Translations under genes and position numbers: made by a program | Notes under the pieces: model-generated | What the model saw: only the letters and a program-made list of their open reading frames with translations | Databases searched by the model: none | What the model was told of the DNA's origin: nothing | From: an uncultured Mycoplasmatota bacterium | GTDB taxonomy: Bacteria > Bacillota_I > Bacilli_A > RF39 > UBA660 | Direction: 5' to 3' | NCBI GenBank assembly: GCA_900543825.1 | Contig: UQSR01000003.1 | Location: 825-64,824 of the forward strand | Length of the DNA stretch: 64,000 bases | Shown: one piece after another, positions 53,751-63,309 of the stretch | How positions within the stretch are numbered: position 1 is the stretch's first letter | Layout: each line of letters starts with the position of its first letter

Positions 53751-55130
53751 TTAAAACTTAATCCTATCCTCAATATATTTAGTAAGTTCCTCTACTTTAA
53801 CAGTAGTCTGCTCCATAGTATCCCTATCCCTTATAGTAACTGTACCATTATTAATAGTATCTTCATCAATAGTAATACAATAAGGAGTACCAATAGCATC
53901 TTCTCTTCTATATCTCTTACCAATACTACCAGATTCATCATAAGTAACCATAAAAGATTTAGCAAGCATATTATATATTTCCATAGCCTTTTCACTATGA
54001 TATTTCTTTACTAACGGAAGAATACATGCTTTATATGGTGCCAAATAAGGATGTATTTTTAAAACATCACGAGTAGTTCCATCATCAAGTACATCTTCAT
54101 TATATGCATCACAAAGTACTGCAAGCAATAATCTATCTACACCTACTGAAGGTTCAATAACATAAGGTAAATATTTTTCGTTAGTCTCTGGATCTAAATA
54201 TCTCATATCCGTTTTAGAATGTTCTTGATGTACAGTCAAGTCATAGTCAGTACGATCCGCTATTCCCCATAATTCTCCCCATCCCATAGGATATTTATAT
54301 TCAATATCAGTAGTAGCCTTACTATAGAAGACTAATTCTTCTTTAGCATGATCACGATATCTCAAATTCTCTTCTCTAATACCAATTTCTTTTAAAAAAT
54401 CTAAGCAATGACTTTTCCAATAAGAAAACCATTCTAAATCACTACCAGGTTTGCAGAAAAATTCATATTCCATTTGTTCAAACTCACGAGTTCTAAAAAT
54501 AAAATTACCAGGAGTTATCTCATTTCTAAAAGCTTTACCAATCTGTCCAATACCAAAAGGTACTTTAGCTCTCATACTTCTTAAAACATTATTAAAGTTA
54601 ACAAATATACCTTGAGCAGTCTCTCCTCTTAAATAAACCAAACTAGAAGAATCAGAAGTAACACCCATATGTGTTTCAAATAACAAATTAAATTTACGTA
54701 TCTTAGTAAAATCACTCTTTCCACACTTAGGGCAAGGAATATTATTATCACTAATATATCTTTCTAACTTCTCATTATCCCAACCATCACCAGTCTCTTC
54801 TCCATGAGTAAACTCTTCTATAAGTTTATCAGCTCTATGTCTAGTTTTACACTTCTTACAATCTATCAAAGGATCAGAAAAACTAGCAACATGACCAGAA
54901 GCAACCCATACATTAGGATTCATAAGTATAGCAGCATCAAGGCCATAACTATTAACATGCTCCTCAATAAATTTCTTATGCCATGCCTTCTTAATATTTT
55001 CCTTAACCTCTCTACCTAAAGGACCATAATCCCAAGTATTAGCAAGACCACCATATATCTCACTACCTTGAAATATAAAACCATATTGTTTACAAAAATT
55101 AACCATTTTATCCATTGTCATATTTTCCAT
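53751..55130 (-). CDS. glyQS: Glycine--tRNA ligase (single-chain alpha2 type)
   Basis: 459 aa. It has GSEIYGGLANTWDYGPLG plus class II motifs and a C-terminal anticodon-binding domain. Confidence 0.92.
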   Translation of the reverse strand: MENMTMDKMVNFCKQYGFIFQGSEIYGGLANTWDYGPLGREVKENIKKAWHKKFIEEHVNSYGLDAAILMNPNVWVASGHVASFSDPLIDCKKCKTRHRADKLIEEFTHGEETGDGWDNEKLERYISDNNIPCPKCGKSDFTKIRKFNLLFETHMGVTSDSSSLVYLRGETAQGIFVNFNNVLRSMRAKVPFGIGQIGKAFRNEITPGNFIFRTREFEQMEYEFFCKPGSDLEWFSYWKSHCLDFLKEIGIREENLRYRDHAKEELVFYSKATTDIEYKYPMGWGELWGIADRTDYDLTVHQEHSKTDMRYLDPETNEKYLPYVIEPSVGVDRLLLAVLCDAYNEDVLDDGTTRDVLKIHPYLAPYKACILPLVKKYHSEKAMEIYNMLAKSFMVTYDESGSIGKRYRREDAIGTPYCITIDEDTINNGTVTIRDRDTMEQTTVKVEELTKYIEDRIKF

Positions 55131-55209
55131 TTTATACCTTCTTTCATGTCATATATAATACTATATTTTAAATATTTTGTAAATACTACTATTTAATAAT
55201 TTCATAAAA

Positions 55210-56481
55210 CTATTTAATAATTTCATAAATAAGACTACTATTATCATTATTTATATTATCACTAATCTTAAATAACTTATTCTTATCAAATAAAGGAACA
55301 TCCTTATTTGTATATAAAGTTAAAATAGTATCATTAATATTAACATAATCATTAATATTTTTATTAATAATAATACCAGCAGAATAATCAATCTTATCAT
55401 CCTTATTTTGACGGCCTGCCCCTAAATGCATAGATAACTTAGCAATCTCTAAAGAAGAAATATCCGTTAAATAACCAGAAGTATCACTCTTAACCTCATA
55501 TATCTTATTACTTTTAGGAAGCTTAGTAATATCACCATGTTGATAAAGTACAAACTCTAAAAACTTATTATAAGCCTTCTTGCTTCTAATAACATCCAAT
55601 ACCATATTATTAGCTTCTTCATAAGAAATATTCCTTCCCAAAGATACCATATAACTAGCAAGACTAATACATAACTTTTGTAAATTACTCTCTTTATTAT
55701 AATATAAAGTATTAATAGCCTCAAGTACCTCTAAAGAATTACCAACATTATTACCAAGAGGAATATTCATATTAGTAAGAAGACATATAACTTCCATACC
55801 ATTCTCTTTACCTATCTTAATCATAAGATTACCAAGTCTCCTAGCGGACTCTATATCTTTAACCAAAGCACCCTCACCAACTTTAAGATCAATAACAAGT
55901 TTTTTAGATCCCGAAGCAATCTTTTTACTCATAATCGAAGAAGCAATAAGTGGAATAGATTCCGTCGTACCAGTAACATCTCTAAGAGCATATATCTTTT
56001 TATCAGCTAAAGCAACATCATCAGTTTGACTAGTTATAGCCATACCAATATCTTCAATTTCATGAATAAATTCACCTTTACTAAGATTAGTTCTAAATCC
56101 AGGTATAGATTCTAACTTATCAATAGTACCACCAGTATATCCAAGCCCCTTACCACTCATCTTAGCTACCTTACAAGAGCATGCCGCAACAATAGGAGCA
56201 ATAATCAAAGTAGTCTTATCACCTACACCACCAGTAGAATGCTTATCAACAACATTATCCAAAAAACTCAAATCAATAGTATTACCAGATAACATCATAT
56301 ACTTAGTTAAATAAATAACTTCATTGTCAGTCATATCATTAATAGTAATAGCCATAAGTAAAGAAGACATCTGATAGTCACAAATAGAACCATTAGTAAA
56401 TCCTTCTACTACATATTTAATTTCTTCTTCCGTAAGTTCCTCTTTATTCTTCTTTTTAAGAATAATATCAATTATATTCAT
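55210..56481 (-). CDS. pdp: Pyrimidine-nucleoside (thymidine) phosphorylase
   Basis: 423 aa. It has DKHSTGGVGDKTTL and SGKGLGYTGGTIDKLES. Confidence 0.9.
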   Translation of the reverse strand: MNIIDIILKKKNKEELTEEEIKYVVEGFTNGSICDYQMSSLLMAITINDMTDNEVIYLTKYMMLSGNTIDLSFLDNVVDKHSTGGVGDKTTLIIAPIVAACSCKVAKMSGKGLGYTGGTIDKLESIPGFRTNLSKGEFIHEIEDIGMAITSQTDDVALADKKIYALRDVTGTTESIPLIASSIMSKKIASGSKKLVIDLKVGEGALVKDIESARRLGNLMIKIGKENGMEVICLLTNMNIPLGNNVGNSLEVLEAINTLYYNKESNLQKLCISLASYMVSLGRNISYEEANNMVLDVIRSKKAYNKFLEFVLYQHGDITKLPKSNKIYEVKSDTSGYLTDISSLEIAKLSMHLGAGRQNKDDKIDYSAGIIINKNINDYVNINDTILTLYTNKDVPLFDKNKLFKISDNINNDNSSLIYEIIK

Positions 56482-56541
56482 AATACCACTATCCTTCTAT
56501 ATAATTTTAACATAACATAACCATAAAAACAATTATAAACT

Positions 56542-56567
56542 AAAAAAAGTGAGCCATAATGCTCACT
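56542..56567 (-). terminator. Rho-independent terminator upstream of pdp (ends the GGDEF-yihY unit)
   Basis: The stem agtgagc (56548-54) with gctcact (56561-67) is followed by a run of 7 T on the minus strand. Confidence 0.7.
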
Positions 56568-56684
56568 TAAGCCATATAAGACTTCAAACTAAGGAGAAAA
56601 TAGTATTACTACATATAAACACCATAGTCTGTGAAAAGGATACTAAGTAATACTATTAATGTATCCATACATATTATATCTCTT

Positions 56685-57515
56685 TTACTTCTTATTATAC
56701 TCCGTGGAATTAATAACAATACCAAGTATCAAAATAAAGCTCAAAATATAAAACCAAATAAGAAGCATAATAATACTAGATAAACCACCATATATTAAAT
56801 CATATTTAGCAAAATATTTAATATAATAACTAAATATAGCGGTAGCAATAACCCAGCCAACAGTAGTAATAAAAGCTCCTAAAGTAGTACTACTCTTATC
56901 AATTCTATATGAAGGAGCAATAGAATATATAAGTCTAATATTAAAGAAAATAAATAAGAATGTAATAGGCCATTTAACAGCCTTATATATAAGCAGTATA
57001 TTTTCCACTATCTTATTCAAAGATTCATATCTTCCTAAAAGTAATATAATCTTATCACCAAGCATAGGTACCAAGATAAGGAAAAGAATTGCACTAATAA
57101 TAATAAGTAGTATTATAAAAGCCCTAAATCTATCTTTAATTTGTGAAGAATTTTCAATTTTATACAAATCATTAGAAGCACTAACAATAGCATACATACC
57201 ATTAGCAGCGGCAATAAAAGTAAAAATATTTAAAACACCAACTGAAATATCAAAATCCTTACCCGAAATAACTCCCACTACAATATCACTAGCATAACTA
57301 GGTAAAAATTCATTAATAAGATTAATAATACTATCAATAGATATCGAAAAATAACCAGCCACTATAACAATAATAGTGGCAATAGGAATAACAGCCAAAA
57401 CAAAACTATATGATAAGTAGGCAGGTAAAATTCTAAGTTCTTTTAAACTTAGAATTTTAATAAGCTTACTAAAATATCTTTTAATGCTTTTTAAAGAGAA
57501 CATAATATCACTCAC
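56685..57515 (-). CDS. YihY/BrkB-family membrane protein
   Basis: 276 aa with about 6 TM helices. The N-terminal LRILPAYLSYSFVLAVIP pattern is typical of YihY proteins. Confidence 0.75.
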   Translation of the reverse strand: MSDIMFSLKSIKRYFSKLIKILSLKELRILPAYLSYSFVLAVIPIATIIVIVAGYFSISIDSIINLINEFLPSYASDIVVGVISGKDFDISVGVLNIFTFIAAANGMYAIVSASNDLYKIENSSQIKDRFRAFIILLIIISAILFLILVPMLGDKIILLLGRYESLNKIVENILLIYKAVKWPITFLFIFFNIRLIYSIAPSYRIDKSSTTLGAFITTVGWVIATAIFSYYIKYFAKYDLIYGGLSSIIMLLIWFYILSFILILGIVINSTEYNKK

Positions 57516-59533
57516 TTACTATTTTTCTTATTATTCTTCATATCTAAAATAGCCTCATTAATAGCATCATCAACTGTCTTAACATCATCCATTATCATAC
57601 TATAACCAACTGAAGCCCCAAAACCATAAGGAAGCTCTTTTAATTCCTTGTATATTCTTCTAGTATAATTAACAACATCTTTCTCACTATAACCAACCAT
57701 ATATATTAAAAATTCATTACCATCAGTTCTAATAACATCAGTATTAGGCTCTTGATTAACAATCAAAATACTAGCGGCCTTTTTAATAATAATATCTCCC
57801 TCTTCATGACCATGACTATCATTAATATCCTTAAGATTATTAAGATCAATCACTACAAATGCCTGAGGATAAATAACATTATCATCCCATTCCTTAATCT
57901 TACAATTCAAATAAAGTCTATTTTTTAAAGAAGTCATAGCATCAACGTATTTAAGTTTTTCATTATTCTTAAGTACTTTTTCATTATTCTTTTTCTTTTT
58001 AATAATTATAATCAAAGCAAAAATACCAAGAACTAAAACTACACTTATCAAGAAAATCAAAAGAAGATTAAAATCATGTACATTAGATTTAATATTATAA
58101 TCATAACGAATAGTATTATAACTTACAGTGGATACATAATAACTAAACATATCCGCAAAAACCTTATTCTTATTAACATCTCTAATAACAAAAGTATAAT
58201 CAGCATTTAAAGTACCAGTATATATTTCATAAAAATCACTAAACTTAGTATTTCTATAATATTCATACATATCCTTATCAATAACAACAATATTATTACC
58301 AATATGCTTTATAAGTTCAGAAGAATTATCATAAAGAGTATATTTAATACCATTACTAGTAAGTAAATCATTAATAAAAGTACCATTTATCGTAGTAACA
58401 TCTTTACCTTTTAAACTCTTAATAGAATCAGCGGTAAACTTATCTTTAGATAAAATAACATATTCCTCTTCAAACAAAGAAGGTGTATTAATAATATCAA
58501 TATTCATATTTTTAGTATTAAAATTAGCAAAAGCCAAATCAACCTCCCCATGAGATAAAGCAGTCTTAAGCTCATTAACACTATTATACCTATACAATTT
58601 AAAATCAACATCATAAATATCTTCAAAACTACTTAAATAATTAGACAAAGTACCAACAAATTCCGAAGATTCACCCCCAGAATAAGGCATATAATCAATA
58701 TAACCAACAATATATTGCGAAGAATTATATCCAATCTTATCAACATCACTAATCTTTTTATCAAGAAAATACTCCGCTAAAAAATGTTTCTTATAAGAAT
58801 CAACCTGACTATCTTTACCATATAAATTATAAAATTTCTTCATTATATTTAAGAAAGTCTTATCATTAATAGTTAAAACATACTTCTTATAAATATCATT
58901 AAAATGAAAAAGTATATTAAAGTTATTTTCTAATATATAATCAACATACATATTATAAGGAATAACAGCAAAACACTTATCATCCTTTTTCATATCAGTA
59001 ACAATATCATCAATCTTTTCCTTACTAGTAAAAGCAACATTCTTAGCATCAGATAAATAATTAGATACAATACCAATATCCGAAGATAATACCAAAACAT
59101 TCATATTAGTAATATCTTCTATTTTATCTACTGAATCATTTTTATTAGAAATAAGCACATATTTATCTTCATATAGTAAAATATCATTTTTACTAATACT
59201 AGCATTACTATCAACAACATGAAAAGCACTATCTTTAAAACTAGTAGAATCATTAACTAAATAAGATACCTTATTAAAATTAATACCATATTTCTCTGAA
59301 AAACTATCAAGTAAATCAAAAGAAACACCACTACCATTCTTACCATATATTGGAATATCATTATAAATACTTACATCAATTACACTACTAGCATTATCAT
59401 TAATCCATTTCTTTTCTAATATTGAAAAACTAGAATCATCTTTACTATAATTAAGTATAAATATCACTAATAAAGATACAAAAATAACTCCTGCTAATGC
59501 TAAAACAATTACTTTATTATTTCTTTTTTTCAC
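57512..59533 (-). CDS. Membrane sensor protein with tandem extracytoplasmic SBP-like domains and a degenerate GGDEF domain (DGNEF)
   Basis: The layout is TM1, about 460 extracellular aa, TM2, then DAMTSLKNRLY...INDSHGHEEGD...RTDGNEFLI...SVGYS, which is the GGDEF fold. Confidence 0.7.
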   Translation of the reverse strand: MKKRNNKVIVLALAGVIFVSLLVIFILNYSKDDSSFSILEKKWINDNASSVIDVSIYNDIPIYGKNGSGVSFDLLDSFSEKYGINFNKVSYLVNDSTSFKDSAFHVVDSNASISKNDILLYEDKYVLISNKNDSVDKIEDITNMNVLVLSSDIGIVSNYLSDAKNVAFTSKEKIDDIVTDMKKDDKCFAVIPYNMYVDYILENNFNILFHFNDIYKKYVLTINDKTFLNIMKKFYNLYGKDSQVDSYKKHFLAEYFLDKKISDVDKIGYNSSQYIVGYIDYMPYSGGESSEFVGTLSNYLSSFEDIYDVDFKLYRYNSVNELKTALSHGEVDLAFANFNTKNMNIDIINTPSLFEEEYVILSKDKFTADSIKSLKGKDVTTINGTFINDLLTSNGIKYTLYDNSSELIKHIGNNIVVIDKDMYEYYRNTKFSDFYEIYTGTLNADYTFVIRDVNKNKVFADMFSYYVSTVSYNTIRYDYNIKSNVHDFNLLLIFLISVVLVLGIFALIIIIKKKKNNEKVLKNNEKLKYVDAMTSLKNRLYLNCKIKEWDDNVIYPQAFVVIDLNNLKDINDSHGHEEGDIIIKKAASILIVNQEPNTDVIRTDGNEFLIYMVGYSEKDVVNYTRRIYKELKELPYGFGASVGYSMIMDDVKTVDDAINEAILDMKNNKKNSK

Positions 59534-59543
59534 ATTAGTTCAC

Positions 59544-60005
59544 CTAACTCTTTACCCATGTTATAGCTTCAAGATTATGATGCTTATTACCAGTAATTAC
59601 AGTATCTTTTTCTTCACCCTTCCACTCCAAAAAGAACGAAAAATCATAAAAAGATAACTCTTCTTTACTATAATTATCTAAAGTATTAGAAGCAATCTCT
59701 TTAGCCTTATCAACACTAGTATCATCCTTTAAAACAATAGTTGTATAAATAATCTTTCCTTGTAATCTAATACTAACATCAGTAACTAAATCAGTATTCT
59801 TAACCTCTTCTTTTACTTCATTATAAGTCTTATCTTCAATCTTAACCTTATCAATACCATCTAATCTATCACCATATTTATTAGAAGAACCACCTAATAA
59901 CAATTCTAGTGTTATAATCAAAAGTATTATAAATAATATAATAGCAAGTCCTACTATCGTAGCTAAACCTTTATTTTTCTTAGCCCAATCTTTAATCTTA
60001 TCCAT
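59544..60005 (-). CDS. Hypothetical membrane-anchored protein
   Basis: 153 aa with one TM segment after a short basic N-terminus. I recognise no family. Confidence 0.4.
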   Translation of the reverse strand: MDKIKDWAKKNKGLATIVGLAIILFIILLIITLELLLGGSSNKYGDRLDGIDKVKIEDKTYNEVKEEVKNTDLVTDVSIRLQGKIIYTTIVLKDDTSVDKAKEIASNTLDNYSKEELSFYDFSFFLEWKGEEKDTVITGNKHHNLEAITWVKS

Positions 60006-60198
60006 CTCAACTCTCCTTCTTATTAATATAAATATATTATACTATAAAGATAAATATTTATCAAGATAATTAAAACTATTTTATTATCGCCTCACACTTC
60101 ATTGTTCGTCGTTTTCTAATACCAAGGTCATTAGAAAAAAATTAGTGTTTATATATATGAGAAGATAAAATATAGAAGAGAGTATTAATAATAGATGT

Positions 60199-60238
60199 AA
60201 AAATATTTAATAATAATTTAAATATTTTACCTCTCAAA
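60199..60238. repeat. 40-nt repeat copy B (inverted partner of 2489-2528)
   Basis: aaaaatatttaataataatttaaatattttacctctcaaa. Its reverse complement matches 2489-2528 at 39/40 positions. Confidence 0.9.
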
Positions 60239-60273
60239 AGTAGACCATGTCTACTTTTTATTAAATATAAATA

Positions 60274-60609
60274 TTAATCCTCTACCAATTTACTAGCCAC
60301 TTTAAACATACCTTCTATACCCTTTTTTAAAAAAGAATTAACTTTAAAAGAAACCTTATTAGTACCAGTAGTAAGTCTAGAAGTATAATCCTTAGTAGTA
60401 TTTACAACATAATCCTCCATAAGTACATCCTTTCCATCTTTCAAATCCTTTTCAAACCTTTCCATAGATTCTTTAGTCATAACAGTTTTATTACGAAGAT
60501 TATATTCATAGTAGCCACTTTCTTCTATAACATAACTAATAATAAAGGCAATAAATATAAGTCCAAATATAAATTTAAATATTTTTTTCTTATTCATTCT
60601 TATCACCAT
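60274..60609 (-). CDS. Small membrane-anchored protein downstream of spoIIP (YqxA-like by position and size)
   Basis: About 107-111 aa with one TM segment. It overlaps the end of spoIIP. B. subtilis has the ~112-aa yqxA in the same position. The call rests on position only. Confidence 0.35.
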   Translation of the reverse strand: MVIRMNKKKIFKFIFGLIFIAFIISYVIEESGYYEYNLRNKTVMTKESMERFEKDLKDGKDVLMEDYVVNTTKDYTSRLTTGTNKVSFKVNSFLKKGIEGMFKVASKLVED

Positions 60610-61615
60610 TTATAAGATAATTAAAAATATTAGACAGTGCTTCAGTAGTATTAAGTACTTCATCAATATTATTATAAACACCACCAACTTCAATAAGAAC
60701 CGAATTAGAACTTATATCTTGATTATAAATACCATCTACCCCTTCTCCCTCTTTCTTTAAAATACCTTTAGATAATCCAGAATAATATTTATTACTAATA
60801 TTATTTATTCTTTCCGCTATTTCCAAGTTACTTTTATAGTTATCATGCTCTAATCCAACTACAAATAATATCTTTGCATAATCCTTACCATTAATATTAG
60901 TAGTAGTACTCTCCTTACTAACAGAATCTCTATGAATATCTACAAAATACTTAATAGAAGGATATTTATTTTTTTTATCCAAAATAAATATTCTTGAAGC
61001 CTTATAACTACTAGCATGATTCCATCCATTCATATTTAAAAATTCCGTTAAATTAGCATCTTCTACTATTGTAGATAATCCCCTACTATTAAGTTTTTCC
61101 TTAAGTAAATATGAAGCCATAAGAACATTAGGAGTAATACCATATACATCTAAATTAGTATTATCATAATTCTCAAGTTGATGAGAATTGTAAATGTAAA
61201 TAATAGGATTATCAATATCAACAGGATTAGGATCTTCCATATAAGAACTAACTTTTTTAAGATCCTCAAGATTACTATAATCATCATTATGCATAAGAGA
61301 AATAGTCTTATCATTATCACCATACATAAAAATACCACTATCAAGTATACTCTTAGGATTACTAATATCAATATTAAATAAAAAATTAGTACTAGAATTA
61401 ACAATATTAATCATCTTATAGTCCGTCATCATATGACTATTTCCACCACCAAGTAAAAACTTAATAAACTTAATATTATTAATCTTCTTACTATTATTTA
61501 AAGAATAATAAAAAGTAATAGAAAAAATAACATAAATAATTACCATATATAAAATATTTTTTCTAATAAATCTTCCATATTTTTTCTTAGAAGGTTTAAG
61601 TTTCATCTTACCCAT
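60590..61615 (-). CDS. spoIIP: Stage II sporulation protein P (SpoIIP, engulfment amidase/endopeptidase)
   Basis: It has an N-terminal TM segment and the SpoIIP motifs IYIYNSHQLENY, VDIHRDS and VLIEVGG. Confidence 0.8.
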   Translation of the reverse strand: MGKMKLKPSKKKYGRFIRKNILYMVIIYVIFSITFYYSLNNSKKINNIKFIKFLLGGGNSHMMTDYKMINIVNSSTNFLFNIDISNPKSILDSGIFMYGDNDKTISLMHNDDYSNLEDLKKVSSYMEDPNPVDIDNPIIYIYNSHQLENYDNTNLDVYGITPNVLMASYLLKEKLNSRGLSTIVEDANLTEFLNMNGWNHASSYKASRIFILDKKNKYPSIKYFVDIHRDSVSKESTTTNINGKDYAKILFVVGLEHDNYKSNLEIAERINNISNKYYSGLSKGILKKEGEGVDGIYNQDISSNSVLIEVGGVYNNIDEVLNTTEALSNIFNYLINGDKNE

Positions 61616-61654
61616 TAACCATCACCACTATTAGTATATATTAATAGTAGTTAA

Positions 61655-61682
61655 ATATATGTCGAAAAAAATAGACATATCA
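61655..61682 (-). terminator. Terminator after the 277-aa hypothetical gene
   Basis: The stem atagacat (61661-68) with atgtctat (61675-82) is followed by TTTTTTTCG on the minus strand. Confidence 0.7.
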
Positions 61683-61688
61683 CTATGT

Positions 61689-62522
61689 CTATTGTAAATC
61701 CAATCTAAAATTTTTAAGTTCATCAATAAATTCATCAGTTTCTTCATCTTCAGTAATATTATATATCTTATCCTTCACTTTAAGAAGCTCATCATAACTA
61801 ATAATAGCCTCTTCTTCCTGCTTTTTTTCATATTCTGTAAGTTCTATATTAGAGGGCTTAACATCCTTTTCCATTCTAGAAACAACATCACTAGCAAAAC
61901 GCATACTATCATTAACATCGTATACATCTTCCATACTTTCAAGTGGTGATAAACCATCTTCACCTAAATCTATACCATTAGTATCTAAACTATCATTATA
62001 ATCATTAAAAGTAGTATCAGAAACTTCTTCTTTCTTAACTATATTAATAGGAGAAGTTTGTCCTCTAGTATTCATCTCTCTAAGTACATTCTTCTTATAT
62101 GGTCCATTCACATCTTGAATATTATCCTTTATTACTTTTGTTTCATTAACTATCGGCTTAATCTCATTAACCATTTGAACATCATTCTTAGGTTCATCTT
62201 TTATTACTTCTTTTACATCAGTTAAAGAAGTAGTATCATTTTCTAATATCTTATCTTCTACTGTAAAAGTAGCATTACTAATAGGTACTTCTTTGTTTTC
62301 TATTGGAGCCTCTTCACTTATAGTATTAATAGTAGTATCCCTATTATCTTTAAGTAATTTAATAAGCTTTTTATTTTTAAAATATAAAACAATAAGTAAA
62401 AATATTAAAAACACAAACAAAAATACAATTATCCAAAAGAAAAATAAACCATTCGAAGATAAATTATCATAAAAATCATTAAATGAATTAAGTAAATTCA
62501 TATTATTCACCTCTACTACCAT
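61689..62522 (-). CDS. Hypothetical membrane-anchored acidic protein
   Basis: 277 aa. One TM segment lies near residue 25-48, followed by an acidic low-complexity region and a C-terminal YDELLKVKD segment. I recognise no family. Confidence 0.45.
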   Translation of the reverse strand: MVVEVNNMNLLNSFNDFYDNLSSNGLFFFWIIVFLFVFLIFLLIVLYFKNKKLIKLLKDNRDTTINTISEEAPIENKEVPISNATFTVEDKILENDTTSLTDVKEVIKDEPKNDVQMVNEIKPIVNETKVIKDNIQDVNGPYKKNVLREMNTRGQTSPINIVKKEEVSDTTFNDYNDSLDTNGIDLGEDGLSPLESMEDVYDVNDSMRFASDVVSRMEKDVKPSNIELTEYEKKQEEEAIISYDELLKVKDKIYNITEDEETDEFIDELKNFRLDLQ

Positions 62523-63219
62523 AATAGTTTAATATAGAAGCTACATATATACATGCAGTCTCTACTCTAAAGATCAAATTACCAAAAGAAACCGGACTAT
62601 AACCATTATCAAACAAATAGTCCTCTTCCCTATCACTAATACCACCTTCAGGTCCTATTACCACTACAATTTTAGCACAATTATCTATATTTTGTAAATA
62701 GCAATTTAATAATTTATCCTTTTCTTTTGTTGAAGCAACAAGCCTAACATCACCATCTATTTTAGATAAATCCTTTAAATTAATAACATCATGAATAATA
62801 GGAATACTAGTTCTTTTAGACTGCTCACTTGCCTCTTTACATATAGTATTCCATCTTATCATTTTTTTACTAATTTTATTATCATCAAGTTTAACAATAC
62901 TTCTTTCCATATTAACAGGAATAATTTCATTAACACCAAGTTCAGTAAGTTTTTGCAAAATAAGATCCATCTTCTGTTCTTTAACAAGCCCTAAAGCAAC
63001 AATAACATCCAAATTAATTTTATTTTCTTCATTTATAATATCAATAATTGATAAAATTAAAGGTTCCATAGAATCTATATTACATATATATAACTTCTTA
63101 TCAAATACAACCTCTATTCTATCATCAATCTTCATCCTCATAACATTTTTAATATGATGAATATCACTATCTCTAAGTATAATTTTATCATTATATTCTT
63201 TAGCAAAATATCTTTGCAT
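62503..63219 (-). CDS. rsmE: 16S rRNA (uracil1498-N3)-methyltransferase RsmE
   Basis: 238 aa. It has the N-terminal MQRYF and the SPOUT motifs LGLVKEQKMDLILQK and VIGPEGGISDRE. Confidence 0.85.
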   Translation of the reverse strand: MQRYFAKEYNDKIILRDSDIHHIKNVMRMKIDDRIEVVFDKKLYICNIDSMEPLILSIIDIINEENKINLDVIVALGLVKEQKMDLILQKLTELGVNEIIPVNMERSIVKLDDNKISKKMIRWNTICKEASEQSKRTSIPIIHDVINLKDLSKIDGDVRLVASTKEKDKLLNCYLQNIDNCAKIVVVIGPEGGISDREEDYLFDNGYSPVSFGNLIFRVETACIYVASILNYYGSRGE

Positions 63220-63309
63220 AATATCACTCCATACACAATAATTCGTAAATTAATTATAGCATATAAAAAAGAAAACTTCTATAAATTAATAAGAAGTTTT
63301 CATACATAT

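Noticed and set aside
55131-55209. Possible T-box or other leader upstream of glyQS
   Set aside because: Only 79 nt separate pdp and glyQS. This is too short for a T-box (~200 nt), and neither a T-box motif nor a terminator/antiterminator pair is present.
2489-60238. The 40-nt inverted repeats considered as the termini of a 57.7-kb composite transposon or genomic island
   Set aside because: The enclosed DNA is dominated by conserved housekeeping genes in Bacillus-like synteny (mutS, gpmI, recU-ponA, dnaD-nth, thrS, glyQS). No transposase or integrase, and no target-site duplication, is visible. The repeat is better explained as the 3' end of a duplicated or decayed rpn gene.
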